Source: Promethearchaeia archaeon
Lineage (GTDB): Archaea; Asgardarchaeota; Lokiarchaeia; Sigyniarchaeales; SOKP01
Length of the DNA: 24,440 nt
Direction: 5' to 3'
Assembly: GCA_046483985.1 (NCBI GenBank)
Contig: JAWOCD010000078.1
Span: forward strand, 1 to 24,440
In this document: in pieces, positions 1 to 9,282 of the stretch
How the letters are laid out: every line of letters begins with the position of its first letter
How positions within the stretch are numbered: the first letter of the stretch is position 1
Translations under genes and position numbers: made by a program
The notes under the pieces: generated by a model
Database searches by the model: none
Seen by the model: only the letters and a program-made list of their open reading frames with translations
Told to the model about the DNA's origin: nothing

Positions 1-32
1 ATTGGCAACCAGCCTAATTTTTTATGATCCAT
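1..32 (-). CDS. 5' end of a gene running off the window (MDHKKLGWLP...), product unknown
   Basis: ATG at 32 on the minus strand, GGAGG about 10 nt upstream (plus-strand cctcc 44-48), frame open to the window edge. Confidence 0.4.
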   Translation of the reverse strand, partial: MDHKKLGWLP

Positions 33-601
33 TTTTAGCTCTTCCTCCGTTTTTTAGAGCTTTGATAAAATATAATACGTTCCACCGAGATCTAAAAGAT
101 AGGACAAACTATCATGCCCATTTTAAAGATGTTTATTGGTAAAAGATCTCTGTTTTCATGAGATAGTTTTAGCTCTAAACATGAAAAGCAATGCTATTTT
201 TGTGTTCTGGTTTATGTTTCATCTTATTTCGTGATCAGATGTTTATGTTTTTAGAAGATTATTGGAAAAAACCTTCCTCTATCAATCAATTTGAATATTG
301 TATTGGTTTAAGAAAATCAATGATCCTTTTATAAATTTTGAGTATTATTTCAAAACTATCTACAAAGCAAATCTTAGAAATAGAGAAGAAAAGTGGGTCT
401 TTTTTAGGGGGTTTGGTTTTTTAATGAAAGATTTAGAAGAAGTATTTACGCACTAGAGTGCGAGAAAGCATTTAATATAATTAGCTTCAGTTTTTTTAAA
501 TAACCAAAATCCGATCGTTATTATAAGATTGATTTTTTATTAAAAAAGATATCTACTTAAGAAGAAAATATATTATTATAGCAAGATAGCATGATATACA
601 A

Positions 602-1738
602 ATGAAAAATCTAACAAACAGAGAGCGGGTACTTAATACGTTCAAACATAAAGAAGTGGACAGATTAGTCTTTAGCCCCAGAATTTATTATTGGTTCGGG
701 TCTAATAATCAAATATATCGCCCTAAAATGTATCGGACGGAACGGAAAAGAACGATTCCCCCGCAATATAGGACCTTTAACCAATTAAAAATCTACGATT
801 ATCTTGATGCAAGCCCCCGCTATACATCGGAAACTATCTATCTTCCTTTAGTTTGGGCTTGCCCTCAAATTTCAAAAGGCTTTTTTATTGCATTTAAAGA
901 CGGACCTCATCAAGGAGAAACGACCACATATTATAAAACCCCCGTAGGAACCCTCAGAAAGGTTACCCGAGGTGGGCATATTATTGAATACCCCCTTAAA
1001 ACCATAGATGATATTGAAATTATGAAATATATCTTAAACCATACAACTTACCATTTTCTCTGGCCTTTCTACGTAATTGCCAACAAGTTGTTTGGAAAGC
1101 AGGGGGTGCCCTCGACATATATTTTAAGATCTCCGTATATGAGATTAGTCGTGGATTATATGGGATTTTCTCAAACGGTAATTAATTTACATAAGCACCG
1201 AGAAGAGATGGAAGAATTTATGCACTTTTTGGACCGATGGGAAGATAAAAAATTTGAAATTCTTGCCCGTTCTCCCTTAAAAATCATCAATTTCGGAGAA
1301 AATATTGATGCAAACCTTTCTCCTCCTCCTTATTTCAAGAAATATTTAATACCTTATTATGAGCGACGTGTAAACCAACTCCATCGAGCGGGGAAATATT
1401 GCCATATTCATATGGATGGTTCCTTACGAGATCTATTACCTCTTCTCGATCAACTCCCTTTTGATGGCTTAGAAGCTTTAACCCCCCAACCTCAGGGAGA
1501 TGTAACCTTAGAGGAGATCCACGATGCTATAGGTCAAAAGATTTATTTGGACGGCATCCCTTCCGTCTTATTTTTACCGCAATATTCTCTCCACTCTGTG
1601 AAAAAATTTGTCAGTCGATTATTAGATTTGTTTTCCCCAAATATTATCGTAGGCGTATCCGATGAGATGCCGCCCAACGGTGATATGAGAAAGTTGGAAA
1701 TTATTGCAAAGATGGTAAAAGAATATAATCCTTATTGA
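602..1738 (+). CDS. Uroporphyrinogen decarboxylase/MtaA-CmuA superfamily TIM-barrel protein
   Basis: N-terminal TNRERVLNTFKHKEVDR; YKTPVGTL; GENIDANLSPP; HIHMDG; DGLEALTPQPQGD; DGIPS; GVSDEMPP. Confidence 0.8.
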   Translation: MKNLTNRERVLNTFKHKEVDRLVFSPRIYYWFGSNNQIYRPKMYRTERKRTIPPQYRTFNQLKIYDYLDASPRYTSETIYLPLVWACPQISKGFFIAFKDGPHQGETTTYYKTPVGTLRKVTRGGHIIEYPLKTIDDIEIMKYILNHTTYHFLWPFYVIANKLFGKQGVPSTYILRSPYMRLVVDYMGFSQTVINLHKHREEMEEFMHFLDRWEDKKFEILARSPLKIINFGENIDANLSPPPYFKKYLIPYYERRVNQLHRAGKYCHIHMDGSLRDLLPLLDQLPFDGLEALTPQPQGDVTLEEIHDAIGQKIYLDGIPSVLFLPQYSLHSVKKFVSRLLDLFSPNIIVGVSDEMPPNGDMRKLEIIAKMVKEYNPY

Positions 1739-1922
1739 AAAAACACAAGATTTTAACAAATTTATCTAAAGCAGATGTGACATTTTATGGAGAAGCGATT
1801 TATGACCGTGCTGGGGAGTCGCACGCTGAAGTGGCCGAATTCAATAACGAGGGTTACGATGATATCCTTATTGGTGCACCCGATAATGATGACGGAGGGA
1901 ATGCTGCAGGTAAGGTGTTTTT
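1735..1922 (+). pseudogene. Isolated FG-GAP (integrin alpha-type beta-propeller) repeat remnant
   Basis: ADVTFYGEAIYDRAGES...FNNEGYDDILIGAPDNDDGGNAAGKVF is one FG-GAP blade. The rest of ORF 1735..2130 looks like read-through into unrelated sequence. Confidence 0.7.
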
Positions 1923-2143
1923 TACCACTTTGACTTCAATACCTTATATATATTTCAAAGCAGTTTTTTACCGGTTCTTTTGGGTTATCCACATCCGTAT
2001 GAGGAGAAGGACGAACGGGCGTCCCTCTTTTTCCATATGCTTTATTTTTTTCATTCTTATTCTTACTCCATTATTTTTTTTCTATTGTCCTATGTTCATT
2101 TCCTCTCGCCTCTTCCATGAAGGTGCGTAATCATGAACCGATA

Positions 2144-2167
2144 ATATTAAATTCAATAATTTAATAT
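2144..2167. promoter_or_regulatory. 10-bp inverted repeat (ATATTAAATT-caat-AATTTAATAT) 25 bp upstream of the PHP gene; candidate operator
   Basis: Perfect inverted repeat seen in sequence, but arms are A/T only. Confidence 0.25.
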
Positions 2168-2192
2168 ATTTTGACATATACTAAATTTTAAA

Positions 2193-3509
2193 ATGAGTTC
2201 TAAAAATGTTGGAACAAAGCTCGACTTTTTTAAAAAAAATAAAACATTATCCGTTGTTTCAATCGGATTTCTTGTATGGATAAGCATTCTAATTATTGTA
2301 GCTTTAACCACATCCCGGGAAGTACTTTTCTTAGATTACGGAGTAGGGTTCCAAGACGGTCAACCTTCGAATCTTTCTGATAAATATAGTTCGGTGATCC
2401 CTCTCCTACGTTATCTCATTGAACCAATTATAGGGATAACATTGGTTTTTGATAGTATGGGTTATGATATTATTATGGGGTTTATCTATTCGATGATTAT
2501 TCTCAGAATAGGAGGATTTACCCTCAAAAAACTGGGATATTTACAATCGGAAAAAGCAAAACTTCTCTGGTATCCGATAAAGGATTGGATTCGATTTTCT
2601 TTTATCGTTATTTCAATTGCAATAATTTCTGGTCTATTATTGATTTTGACAATGTTTTTAACAATTGGGTTTTATTGGGTTAATCTCAATTTTATGATGG
2701 TCATTCATTTGTGTATCATTATTTCCGTCTCCTTAATGGTTATAAAAATGCTTATTCTTGTCATCCGATATATTCATCCACATTTGGCGCTAAACTACGG
2801 TGAGAAAAAGCGTTATAATTTGCCGGAAACGAGCTCCACCAAAACGAAGATATTTCGCGCTTTTAGAAGGGAATTTGTCTATGTGGTGGGAATAGCTTTC
2901 ATACTTGTGGGATCAACCATGCTTTTGCAAATGATCCGCTTTCCGATCCATAGAATAGAGGCAGATTTAGATGACGGTGAAGTTCTTCTCGACTTCCACT
3001 CACATACGTGTTTATCTGATGGGTGGCTTACTCCCGAAGAGAGAGTTGATTGGTATATCGCTCACGGTATAGATGGTGCTGCCATTTCGGACCACGATAA
3101 TTTAAGAGGGGCGATAAGAGCTAAAGAATATGTGGAAGGGAATGATCTCGATTTTAAGGTGTATTTAGCACAAGAATGGTCCGGTACCGATCTTCACTTG
3201 TTGATTTATGGGTTGGAGGAAGTGATTCTCCCAGAAAGAAGAGATGGGATACCTCAGTTTACGAATGAATTTGATGAGACACCCAAAATAATGAATGCGT
3301 CAGAAACAATTACATATGTAAATCAAACAGAAGGAGCTTATACTATAGTAGCACATTATAACGCCTATAATGACACAGAGGCAGAACATATAGGGGAACT
3401 CGGCTCTCCTTACACACATATTTCCGAGGTCCGAGAATTAGAGAGTATTGTATCGCGAATGATCTCATTTGTGTTGGGAGCACAGACGTCCACTCGAACG
3501 AGGGATTAA
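2193..3509 (+). CDS. Polytopic membrane protein with PHP (polymerase/histidinol phosphatase) domain; N-terminal part, frameshifted near 3420
   Basis: About 6 hydrophobic segments, then PHP motifs DFHSHTCLSDG, AISDHD, AQEW, HLLIYG, IVAHY. The final metal-binding motif is missing from this frame. Confidence 0.8.
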   Translation: MSSKNVGTKLDFFKKNKTLSVVSIGFLVWISILIIVALTTSREVLFLDYGVGFQDGQPSNLSDKYSSVIPLLRYLIEPIIGITLVFDSMGYDIIMGFIYSMIILRIGGFTLKKLGYLQSEKAKLLWYPIKDWIRFSFIVISIAIISGLLLILTMFLTIGFYWVNLNFMMVIHLCIIISVSLMVIKMLILVIRYIHPHLALNYGEKKRYNLPETSSTKTKIFRAFRREFVYVVGIAFILVGSTMLLQMIRFPIHRIEADLDDGEVLLDFHSHTCLSDGWLTPEERVDWYIAHGIDGAAISDHDNLRGAIRAKEYVEGNDLDFKVYLAQEWSGTDLHLLIYGLEEVILPERRDGIPQFTNEFDETPKIMNASETITYVNQTEGAYTIVAHYNAYNDTEAEHIGELGSPYTHISEVRELESIVSRMISFVLGAQTSTRTRD

Positions 3510-3838
3510 ATGCGTTCGTTAATGTAAAATTGAATAACACCGATAATTATGATATTGATGATGTATTTGACGCGTTACGGAAGAACGCCCATGAAGTTGT
3601 GGCAATAGAAGGAATCGTGGTTCTCTCGCATATTTCACATCACAGTAATTTTCCTGAAATATTCGGTGATCTGGATATGGATTATATCGAAGATTTTGGA
3701 GGATACTGGTCCAATTTGGATAAATTCCAAGTGCTTTCATGGATTTTATGGTCAACAGCCCTTTTTGTTTTATTCGTTTTCGTCTATATGCGGGCAAAGA
3801 AATCCGATCTCGAAAAACTGAGAGAAACAATCCTTTAA
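3419..3838 (+). pseudogene. C-terminal part of the same PHP protein in another frame
   Basis: The frame of ORF 3530..3838 is open upstream and reads YFRGPRIREYCIANDLICVGSTDVHSNEGLNAFV... (PHP terminal xDxH motif), followed by a C-terminal TM helix. Confidence 0.75.
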
Positions 3839-3933
3839 CGATCTGCGAAAGAAGTCCCCATCCCTTTATGCAATGATAGAAATCACAATTTCTAAAGGAA
3901 AAATAATCGAAGTGGAGAAAGATATTGCCCCAC

Positions 3934-3954
3934 GACCCCAACGTTTTTGGGGTC
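3934..3954. terminator. Hairpin GACCCCAA-cgttt-TTGGGGTC between convergent genes
   Basis: Perfect 8-bp stem between the PHP gene end and the GXGXG gene end. Confidence 0.3.
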
Positions 3955-4004
3955 TTAGATCTCACGGAAGAATAGGTTATCCTTTCGAATTTCACGGTTG
4001 CCCA

Positions 4005-4817
4005 TTAAATAATCTGACCGCAATAATTTCCGCCAAAGGGCCGTTTGCTAATTGGTTTTATTACCTTAAATGGCTTCTGATCAATGAGATCCCGTGAAAT
4101 GTCATATCGATTACAAAATTCCTTGATTAGCGGGCCGATTTGCTCTTTTTCACTTTCGCAAATCTCATAGACTTTTGCCCCTACTCCTAATTTAGCGGAT
4201 AAATCTTCCTCTGTGCGGAGTATTATTTTTCCTCTGTGAATGCCCGTTCCTAGTTCACCTTCTGTAACGGGATGCGGATTTTCTATCACACTGCCATCTT
4301 CCAAAAATTTTAAACCTAAGACTAGAATGATCCCTCCTGCCATATATTCTCCCAAAAATCCTTTTGAGGTCCCTCCGATAACAATCGAGGGATGTTTATG
4401 TCGATATTCTTTAATGTGGATGCCCACTCGATATCCCACGTCTTCTTTGACCATGATTTTTCCGCCCCGGGCAGAAAGCCCAATTACATCACCTGCATCA
4501 CCGTCAATAATAAGTCTACCGTCGTTCATAGTATTTCCCGCTTGGTCTTCGCAATTCCCGTTCACAATTATTTCTGGTCCATCCATGAAGATGCCTAAGT
4601 CATTTCCTGGAAGACCGTTGATTATCAATTGGATATCACCCTGCAAAGAGGCACCGATAAATCTCTGTCCGCATACATTATTCAAAATAATTCTCGTATA
4701 TTGTTCCTCTATAGATCGGTAAACTCGTTCATTTAATTCTTTATAATTAAACGGTTCTCCATTTGGAGCCGCATTGATATATATTTCTTTTCTTTCTTTT
4801 ATTTTTTGTATTTGCAT
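4005..4817 (-). CDS. gltB3: Glutamate synthase GXGXG (GltB domain 3 / FwdC-like) subunit
   Basis: NVCGQRFIG, GLPGNDLGIFMDG, GNCEDQAGNTMNDG, GDAGDVIG, DVGYRVGIHIKEY, FLGEYMAGG, GTGIHRG; operon context. Confidence 0.9.
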   Translation of the reverse strand: MQIQKIKERKEIYINAAPNGEPFNYKELNERVYRSIEEQYTRIILNNVCGQRFIGASLQGDIQLIINGLPGNDLGIFMDGPEIIVNGNCEDQAGNTMNDGRLIIDGDAGDVIGLSARGGKIMVKEDVGYRVGIHIKEYRHKHPSIVIGGTSKGFLGEYMAGGIILVLGLKFLEDGSVIENPHPVTEGELGTGIHRGKIILRTEEDLSAKLGVGAKVYEICESEKEQIGPLIKEFCNRYDISRDLIDQKPFKVIKPISKRPFGGNYCGQII

Positions 4818-4883
4818 ACTTTATTCATTTCTCTTTCCTGTGAATTTGATTTTTTAATATTTAGTTTGTTATTCTCCTTTCTT

Positions 4884-6404
4884 TCATGCACCAGCATGTT
4901 TTACTCCTAAAATTTCTGCAATTCGAGGGTTCGGCCCAATATACCTGAGTCTATCTCGATTGGATCTTAAAGATTCTACGGAATCGATTCCCATCGCTCC
5001 TAGAACTTCTTTTAGTTCTTCATTCCAACTACGGAATAAGTTAATAATGCGGTTTCGGGCAACATCGATATCCAATCTTTTCACTAAATACTCTTGTTGG
5101 GTTGCAATTCCCCAAGAACAGAGTCCTCTAAAGCATTGTTGACATACTCTGCATCCCATCGCAATTAATACCGGCATACCGCACATTCCCACATCGGCAC
5201 CCAAGGCAATTGCCTTTATTAAATCTGCCGAATATCTGATAGAACCTCCCGCAACTAAGGTGACTTCGTCCCTTAAGTTCTCTTGCCGCAACCGTTCATC
5301 CACGGAGGCAATTGCTAATTCAATTGGTATCCCTGCATGATCGCGAATAATGCGTGGTGCCGCTCCAGTACTTCCTCGAAATCCATCAATCGTAAGGAAA
5401 TCTGCTCCGCCTCGCACAATTCCGACTGCGATAGGTGCCACATTATGGACTGCGGCGACTTTTACCCCAATCGGTACTTTATAACGGGTTGCTTCCTTGA
5501 GCGCAGCTATTAATTGGGCTAAATCCTCTATTGAATAAATGTCGTGGTGCGGATACGGGCTCAATGCATCACTTCCTTTCGGTATCATACGTGTTTGCGA
5601 AATCAAATTGTTTACCTTTTCGCCTGGAAGGTGTCCCCCATGTCCAGGTTTTGCCCCTTGTCCTATCTTAATTTCCAGCCCAGCCGCATTCTTCAAATAA
5701 TTGATGTCAACCCCAAATCGACCAGATGCAATTTCTGCGATGATGTTCGAACCATATTCATAAAAATCTTCATGAAGGCCGCCTTCTCCCGAACCTGCTA
5801 AGATGTTTAACTCTTTCGCCGCTTGATTAATTGCCATTACCGCATTATAGCTAATGGAGCCTAAACTCATATGGCCAACTATAATAGGCATATCAATCTC
5901 TAAATTAGGCATAAGCTCAGTTTTGAGGGAAATCTGATTTGGATCATCCTTATTAACACAAAAATTGATTTTTCTCGGTTTTCTCCCAAAAAATATACGT
6001 GTTTCGATGGTTTCTCGCAAAGGATCTATGCTAGGGTTTGTCACTTGACATGCATCGAGAAGTAAATCATCAAATATATTGCGAATTGACCGATCATTTC
6101 CCGTGGCACTTAACAAAACTCCTCCCTTACCGGATTGAGCCCAAATGATATTTCGAATCCGTCTGTCATAGTTTCCGTGAGGAGGTAGATAAGATTTATT
6201 TTCTACTATTTGAATTGCGCCTCCAGGACACATCACCGCACAACGCTGACATGCCACGCATTTGAACTTGTCTGGAACAATTCGTTCCCCGTTAAAACTT
6301 AGGGCTCTATAGGAGCAATGATTTGTGCATCGTTTGCATTTTTTACACTTATCCCTATCAATTTTTACTTCGAAATGGGCCGGGACTTCATGATTTATTG
6401 ACAT
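4884..6404 (-). CDS. gltB2: Archaeal-type glutamate synthase FMN subunit with N-terminal 2x[4Fe-4S] ferredoxin domain
   Basis: CKKCKRCTNHC and CVACQRCAVMCP; QVTNPSIDP; MSLGSIS; SGEGG; ASGRFGV; EIKIGQGAKPGHGGHLPGEKV; SPYPHHDIYSIEDLAQLI; GCRVCQQCFRGLCSWGIATQ. Confidence 0.95.
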   Translation of the reverse strand: MSINHEVPAHFEVKIDRDKCKKCKRCTNHCSYRALSFNGERIVPDKFKCVACQRCAVMCPGGAIQIVENKSYLPPHGNYDRRIRNIIWAQSGKGGVLLSATGNDRSIRNIFDDLLLDACQVTNPSIDPLRETIETRIFFGRKPRKINFCVNKDDPNQISLKTELMPNLEIDMPIIVGHMSLGSISYNAVMAINQAAKELNILAGSGEGGLHEDFYEYGSNIIAEIASGRFGVDINYLKNAAGLEIKIGQGAKPGHGGHLPGEKVNNLISQTRMIPKGSDALSPYPHHDIYSIEDLAQLIAALKEATRYKVPIGVKVAAVHNVAPIAVGIVRGGADFLTIDGFRGSTGAAPRIIRDHAGIPIELAIASVDERLRQENLRDEVTLVAGGSIRYSADLIKAIALGADVGMCGMPVLIAMGCRVCQQCFRGLCSWGIATQQEYLVKRLDIDVARNRIINLFRSWNEELKEVLGAMGIDSVESLRSNRDRLRYIGPNPRIAEILGVKHAGA

Positions 6405-6407
6405 AGG

Positions 6408-7616
6408 CTAGCTGACCTCCATGGGTGCTTCAATTTTTAATTCAATTTTCTCAAACGGTGTTTCTGTTCCATCGCGGATTAACCCTCTTCCTACCTGTGC
6501 AATTACTACGGTTCCGCTTTTAGGATGCCAGATTTCTTTAAAATCAAATGAGCCATCTGGCTTATCCAATTGCAATCGTCGAAACGATGCTTCTTCGCTG
6601 CTCAAAAAGACGGTATTTTCGTCTTCAGATAATGCCGCCACGAGGGGACGCAATTTTTTCCTATCCGATAATCCAATTAATGATGGTACTGGATTTGCCG
6701 TGCCCACGATGATCGAAAAAGGTCCGTTTAACATTGCCGAACGATAGGTGGCCCGGAGATTTTTGAGTGTAATCCGATATTCTTCTTTTAATTCTTCGAT
6801 TTCTTTGAAGAGTGGAGGACTTAAGACCAAGCTCGTAATTGGGAGCGGAATTCTATGTTTTCTGCCCAATAAGTCAAATAAATAGGCAATTACTTCGGTA
6901 TCCGTATGTAAAGTGCATTTATATCTGAAAGATTCCAAATACCGCATATTCGTTCCATAAGATGTGATTTCTCCATTATGGACAACGGAAGTATTAAGTA
7001 GGTTAAAAGGATGCGCTCCACCCCACCAACCGGGAGTGTTTGTAGGGAATCGACTATGGGCGAGCCACATATATGCCTTATATTCCTCGATTTTGTAGAT
7101 CTCGGCAATCTCGTGCGACCACCCGTTCCCCTTAAAAACGCCCATATTTTTTCCGGATGACATGATGAAAGCCCCTTCAAATTTCTCGTTAATTTCCATT
7201 ACTAAATTCATAATTTCCTCATCATGGGACAATCCTAATACATTTTTTGGCTCATAAAAGACTCGCCAGGTGATGGGTGGATTTTCAATCTCTTTTGGAG
7301 GGCTAGTGGGAATTGGTTCCGAATGAATAATGTACCCTTTCCGTTCCAGAAATTCTATGACATTCTTTTTGCATTTATCATGGTCAAAAAGAAAGTGTAA
7401 TGCGTAATATTCTTCAAAATTGGGATATATTCCATAGCCGGCAAATCCTGCTCCCAGCCCGTTTTCACGTTCGCTGAGAATACATAACATATCAATAATT
7501 TTTTTGCCATTATCTCTGGTTCCGTCTATATTTAAATAGCCTGAGATTCCGCATCCATCAAAAACTTTCTGTTTCTGAAACTCTGGGGGGAGCGCAGTAT
7601 AATTTTTCCAATTCAT
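6408..7616 (-). CDS. gltB1: Class II (Ntn) glutamine amidotransferase subunit of split glutamate synthase
   Basis: Short leader then DG|CGISG; ERENGLGAGFAGYG; SSGKNMGVFKG; AHSRFPTNT; AHPF; VHNGEI; TDTE; LNGPF; DRKKLRP; SSEE. Confidence 0.92.
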   Translation of the reverse strand: MNWKNYTALPPEFQKQKVFDGCGISGYLNIDGTRDNGKKIIDMLCILSERENGLGAGFAGYGIYPNFEEYYALHFLFDHDKCKKNVIEFLERKGYIIHSEPIPTSPPKEIENPPITWRVFYEPKNVLGLSHDEEIMNLVMEINEKFEGAFIMSSGKNMGVFKGNGWSHEIAEIYKIEEYKAYMWLAHSRFPTNTPGWWGGAHPFNLLNTSVVHNGEITSYGTNMRYLESFRYKCTLHTDTEVIAYLFDLLGRKHRIPLPITSLVLSPPLFKEIEELKEEYRITLKNLRATYRSAMLNGPFSIIVGTANPVPSLIGLSDRKKLRPLVAALSEDENTVFLSSEEASFRRLQLDKPDGSFDFKEIWHPKSGTVVIAQVGRGLIRDGTETPFEKIELKIEAPMEVS

Positions 7617-7617
7617 T

Positions 7618-8955
7618 TTAATCAGCTTTTTGTTGTATTTTTTCTTTTTTCTTATCTATTTTCCCTAATAAGGATTTTAAATCATTAATTTCGGGTTCTT
7701 CGGCTTCCAATCCGACTCTCTTCCGTGCTGTCCGGGAAAAGTGTGCAACCATTCCAGTATTCTTAAAGGAATCGTATTCTCTCTTAAAGCCTTGAGCAAC
7801 ATATCCCTTTTCCATGGCTAGATTTCTTAACGTGGTAAAGATATCCACTAATCCCACTCGTGAAGGGCAAAGTTCATAACACACATAACAATCCAAACAT
7901 AACCAGATGGAAGGATTTGAGATGACATCCTTGATTTTTCCGTCAAGCAACCTTCCGGTCAACTCTTTTGGATTGAAATTTAGATGGGAAACCTTACAAA
8001 CGGGGCAATCATCATTACATGCCCCGCATGAATAACATTCTTTTAAAAAGGACACATCAAAATATTTCTCAATTTTTCTATTTTTCGCTTGAATAATCTC
8101 TATCTTTTCATAAATCCTATCTACCGGAGTACGGTGGTATTTTCTAATGATATCATTAATATCGATTCCCACAGCAATACATAATAATTCCGAATAATAG
8201 AAGACGGGTATATCATACTCATAATCCAACCGTTTCAAATCCCGTTGGAGGTGATCAAATTGCATAAAACACTGGGGGCATCCCACCACGATGCAATCAG
8301 CCCGGCCCTCTTTAATACTTTCCAACTTTGAGTGGATCATTTCAAGGCTGGAATCTGGGTTATCGGCTCTGGTTAGGCTACCTCCGCAACAATCCATCTT
8401 TCTATCATATTCAACACTTTTTGCCCCCAAATCAGCGATGAGCTCATCAAAAATGTGAGGTTCCATGGGATCATCCATTTGAATTTTATTACTCGGACGT
8501 AAAAAGTGACATCCATAATGAACCGCCACTCTCAGCCCGTTTAATGGATATAGTATACTCTCTTTAATGGTGTCTTTATCTATTTTATGAAAGAATTCTA
8601 TTAAATGCATCACATCATACTCCCCTGAGACTTGCAAGTTAATGTTTTCAAGATATTTATTCATATTATCTCGAAAATGTCCGTCAACTTTTATTTCACT
8701 CCGTATTGCTTTGAGGCTTTCAAAACATCCGTTACAAGGTGTAAGGATATCTTTTTGTTTTTTTTCAGCTAACGCAAGATTTCGAGCCGCCGTGACAGAA
8801 TAACTCAAATTATCGGAATTTTTTATCCCGTTGGGCTCGGGGCAGCATGAAAACTGATTTGATTCCGCAAAGGGGATCTGGAAATAATTTAATACCTTTC
8901 TAATCGAAACTTCAATAAACGGGAGTCGATAGCTTATCATACAACCTGGGAACAA
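7618..8955 (-). CDS. HdrB-HdrC fusion (two CCG domains plus C-terminal 2x[4Fe-4S]); true start may be ATT at 8973
   Basis: FPGC...CCPEP...ARNLALAE...TPCNGCF; HYGCH...CCGG...GCPQCFMQFD (HdrB); CYSCGACNDDCP and IWLCLDCYVCYELCP...LRNLA (HdrC). Confidence 0.9.
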   Translation of the reverse strand: MFPGCMISYRLPFIEVSIRKVLNYFQIPFAESNQFSCCPEPNGIKNSDNLSYSVTAARNLALAEKKQKDILTPCNGCFESLKAIRSEIKVDGHFRDNMNKYLENINLQVSGEYDVMHLIEFFHKIDKDTIKESILYPLNGLRVAVHYGCHFLRPSNKIQMDDPMEPHIFDELIADLGAKSVEYDRKMDCCGGSLTRADNPDSSLEMIHSKLESIKEGRADCIVVGCPQCFMQFDHLQRDLKRLDYEYDIPVFYYSELLCIAVGIDINDIIRKYHRTPVDRIYEKIEIIQAKNRKIEKYFDVSFLKECYSCGACNDDCPVCKVSHLNFNPKELTGRLLDGKIKDVISNPSIWLCLDCYVCYELCPSRVGLVDIFTTLRNLAMEKGYVAQGFKREYDSFKNTGMVAHFSRTARKRVGLEAEEPEINDLKSLLGKIDKKKEKIQQKAD

Positions 8956-8982
8956 AATGATATCATTATGAATTTTAGGTTT

Positions 8983-8987
8983 CCTCC
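8983..8987 (-). promoter_or_regulatory. Shine-Dalgarno GGAGG for the hdrBC gene
   Basis: GGAGG lies 9 nt upstream of an in-frame ATT at 8973. Confidence 0.45.
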
Positions 8988-9222
8988 ATAAAATTTAATC
9001 TAAATTTTTCATATATTTTCTTTATTTAGTTATATAATCTCATCAAATATATATTTAACTATATTTACAAAATTAAAAAATCATTTATTCGTATACTTTA
9101 TTCTACTTCCTCAAAAAGCGTCCCAATTTTATTAATAATTATGATTTTAAAAAATAAGTTGATCTAGTTATACCAACTAAGAGGATATATATTAAGTATA
9201 TTCAATATATATTAACAAAGTT

Positions 9223-9270
9223 AGAAGTTAGAAAATCCTGTTTCCGTTCCAATTAAAGAATTAAAAGAAA
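9223..9270 (+). repeat. 48-bp segment homologous to 18721-18768 (encodes KLENPVSVPIKELKE)
   Basis: 43/48 identity by manual alignment. Confidence 0.85.
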
Positions 9271-9282
9271 GGCTGGAAAAAA

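Noticed and set aside
449-462. Palindrome CGCACT-ag-AGTGCG
   Set aside because: Only 6 bp, single occurrence, no supporting context
3343-7180. Overlapping or antisense ORFs 3343-3540, 3519-3995, 3873-4097, 4240-4722, 4392-4598, 4960-5142, 5544-5801, 6421-6747, 6890-7180
   Set aside because: Shadows of well-supported genes with no recognisable motifs
4005-7616. N-methylglutamate synthase (MgsABC/GlxBCD) assignment
   Set aside because: The N-terminal 2x[4Fe-4S] domain, amidotransferase leader and motifs fit archaeal split GltB; no gmaS or mgd neighbours. Not fully excluded without phylogeny
7618-8955. Selenocysteine in the Hdr-like protein
   Set aside because: No in-frame TGA; all motif positions are Cys
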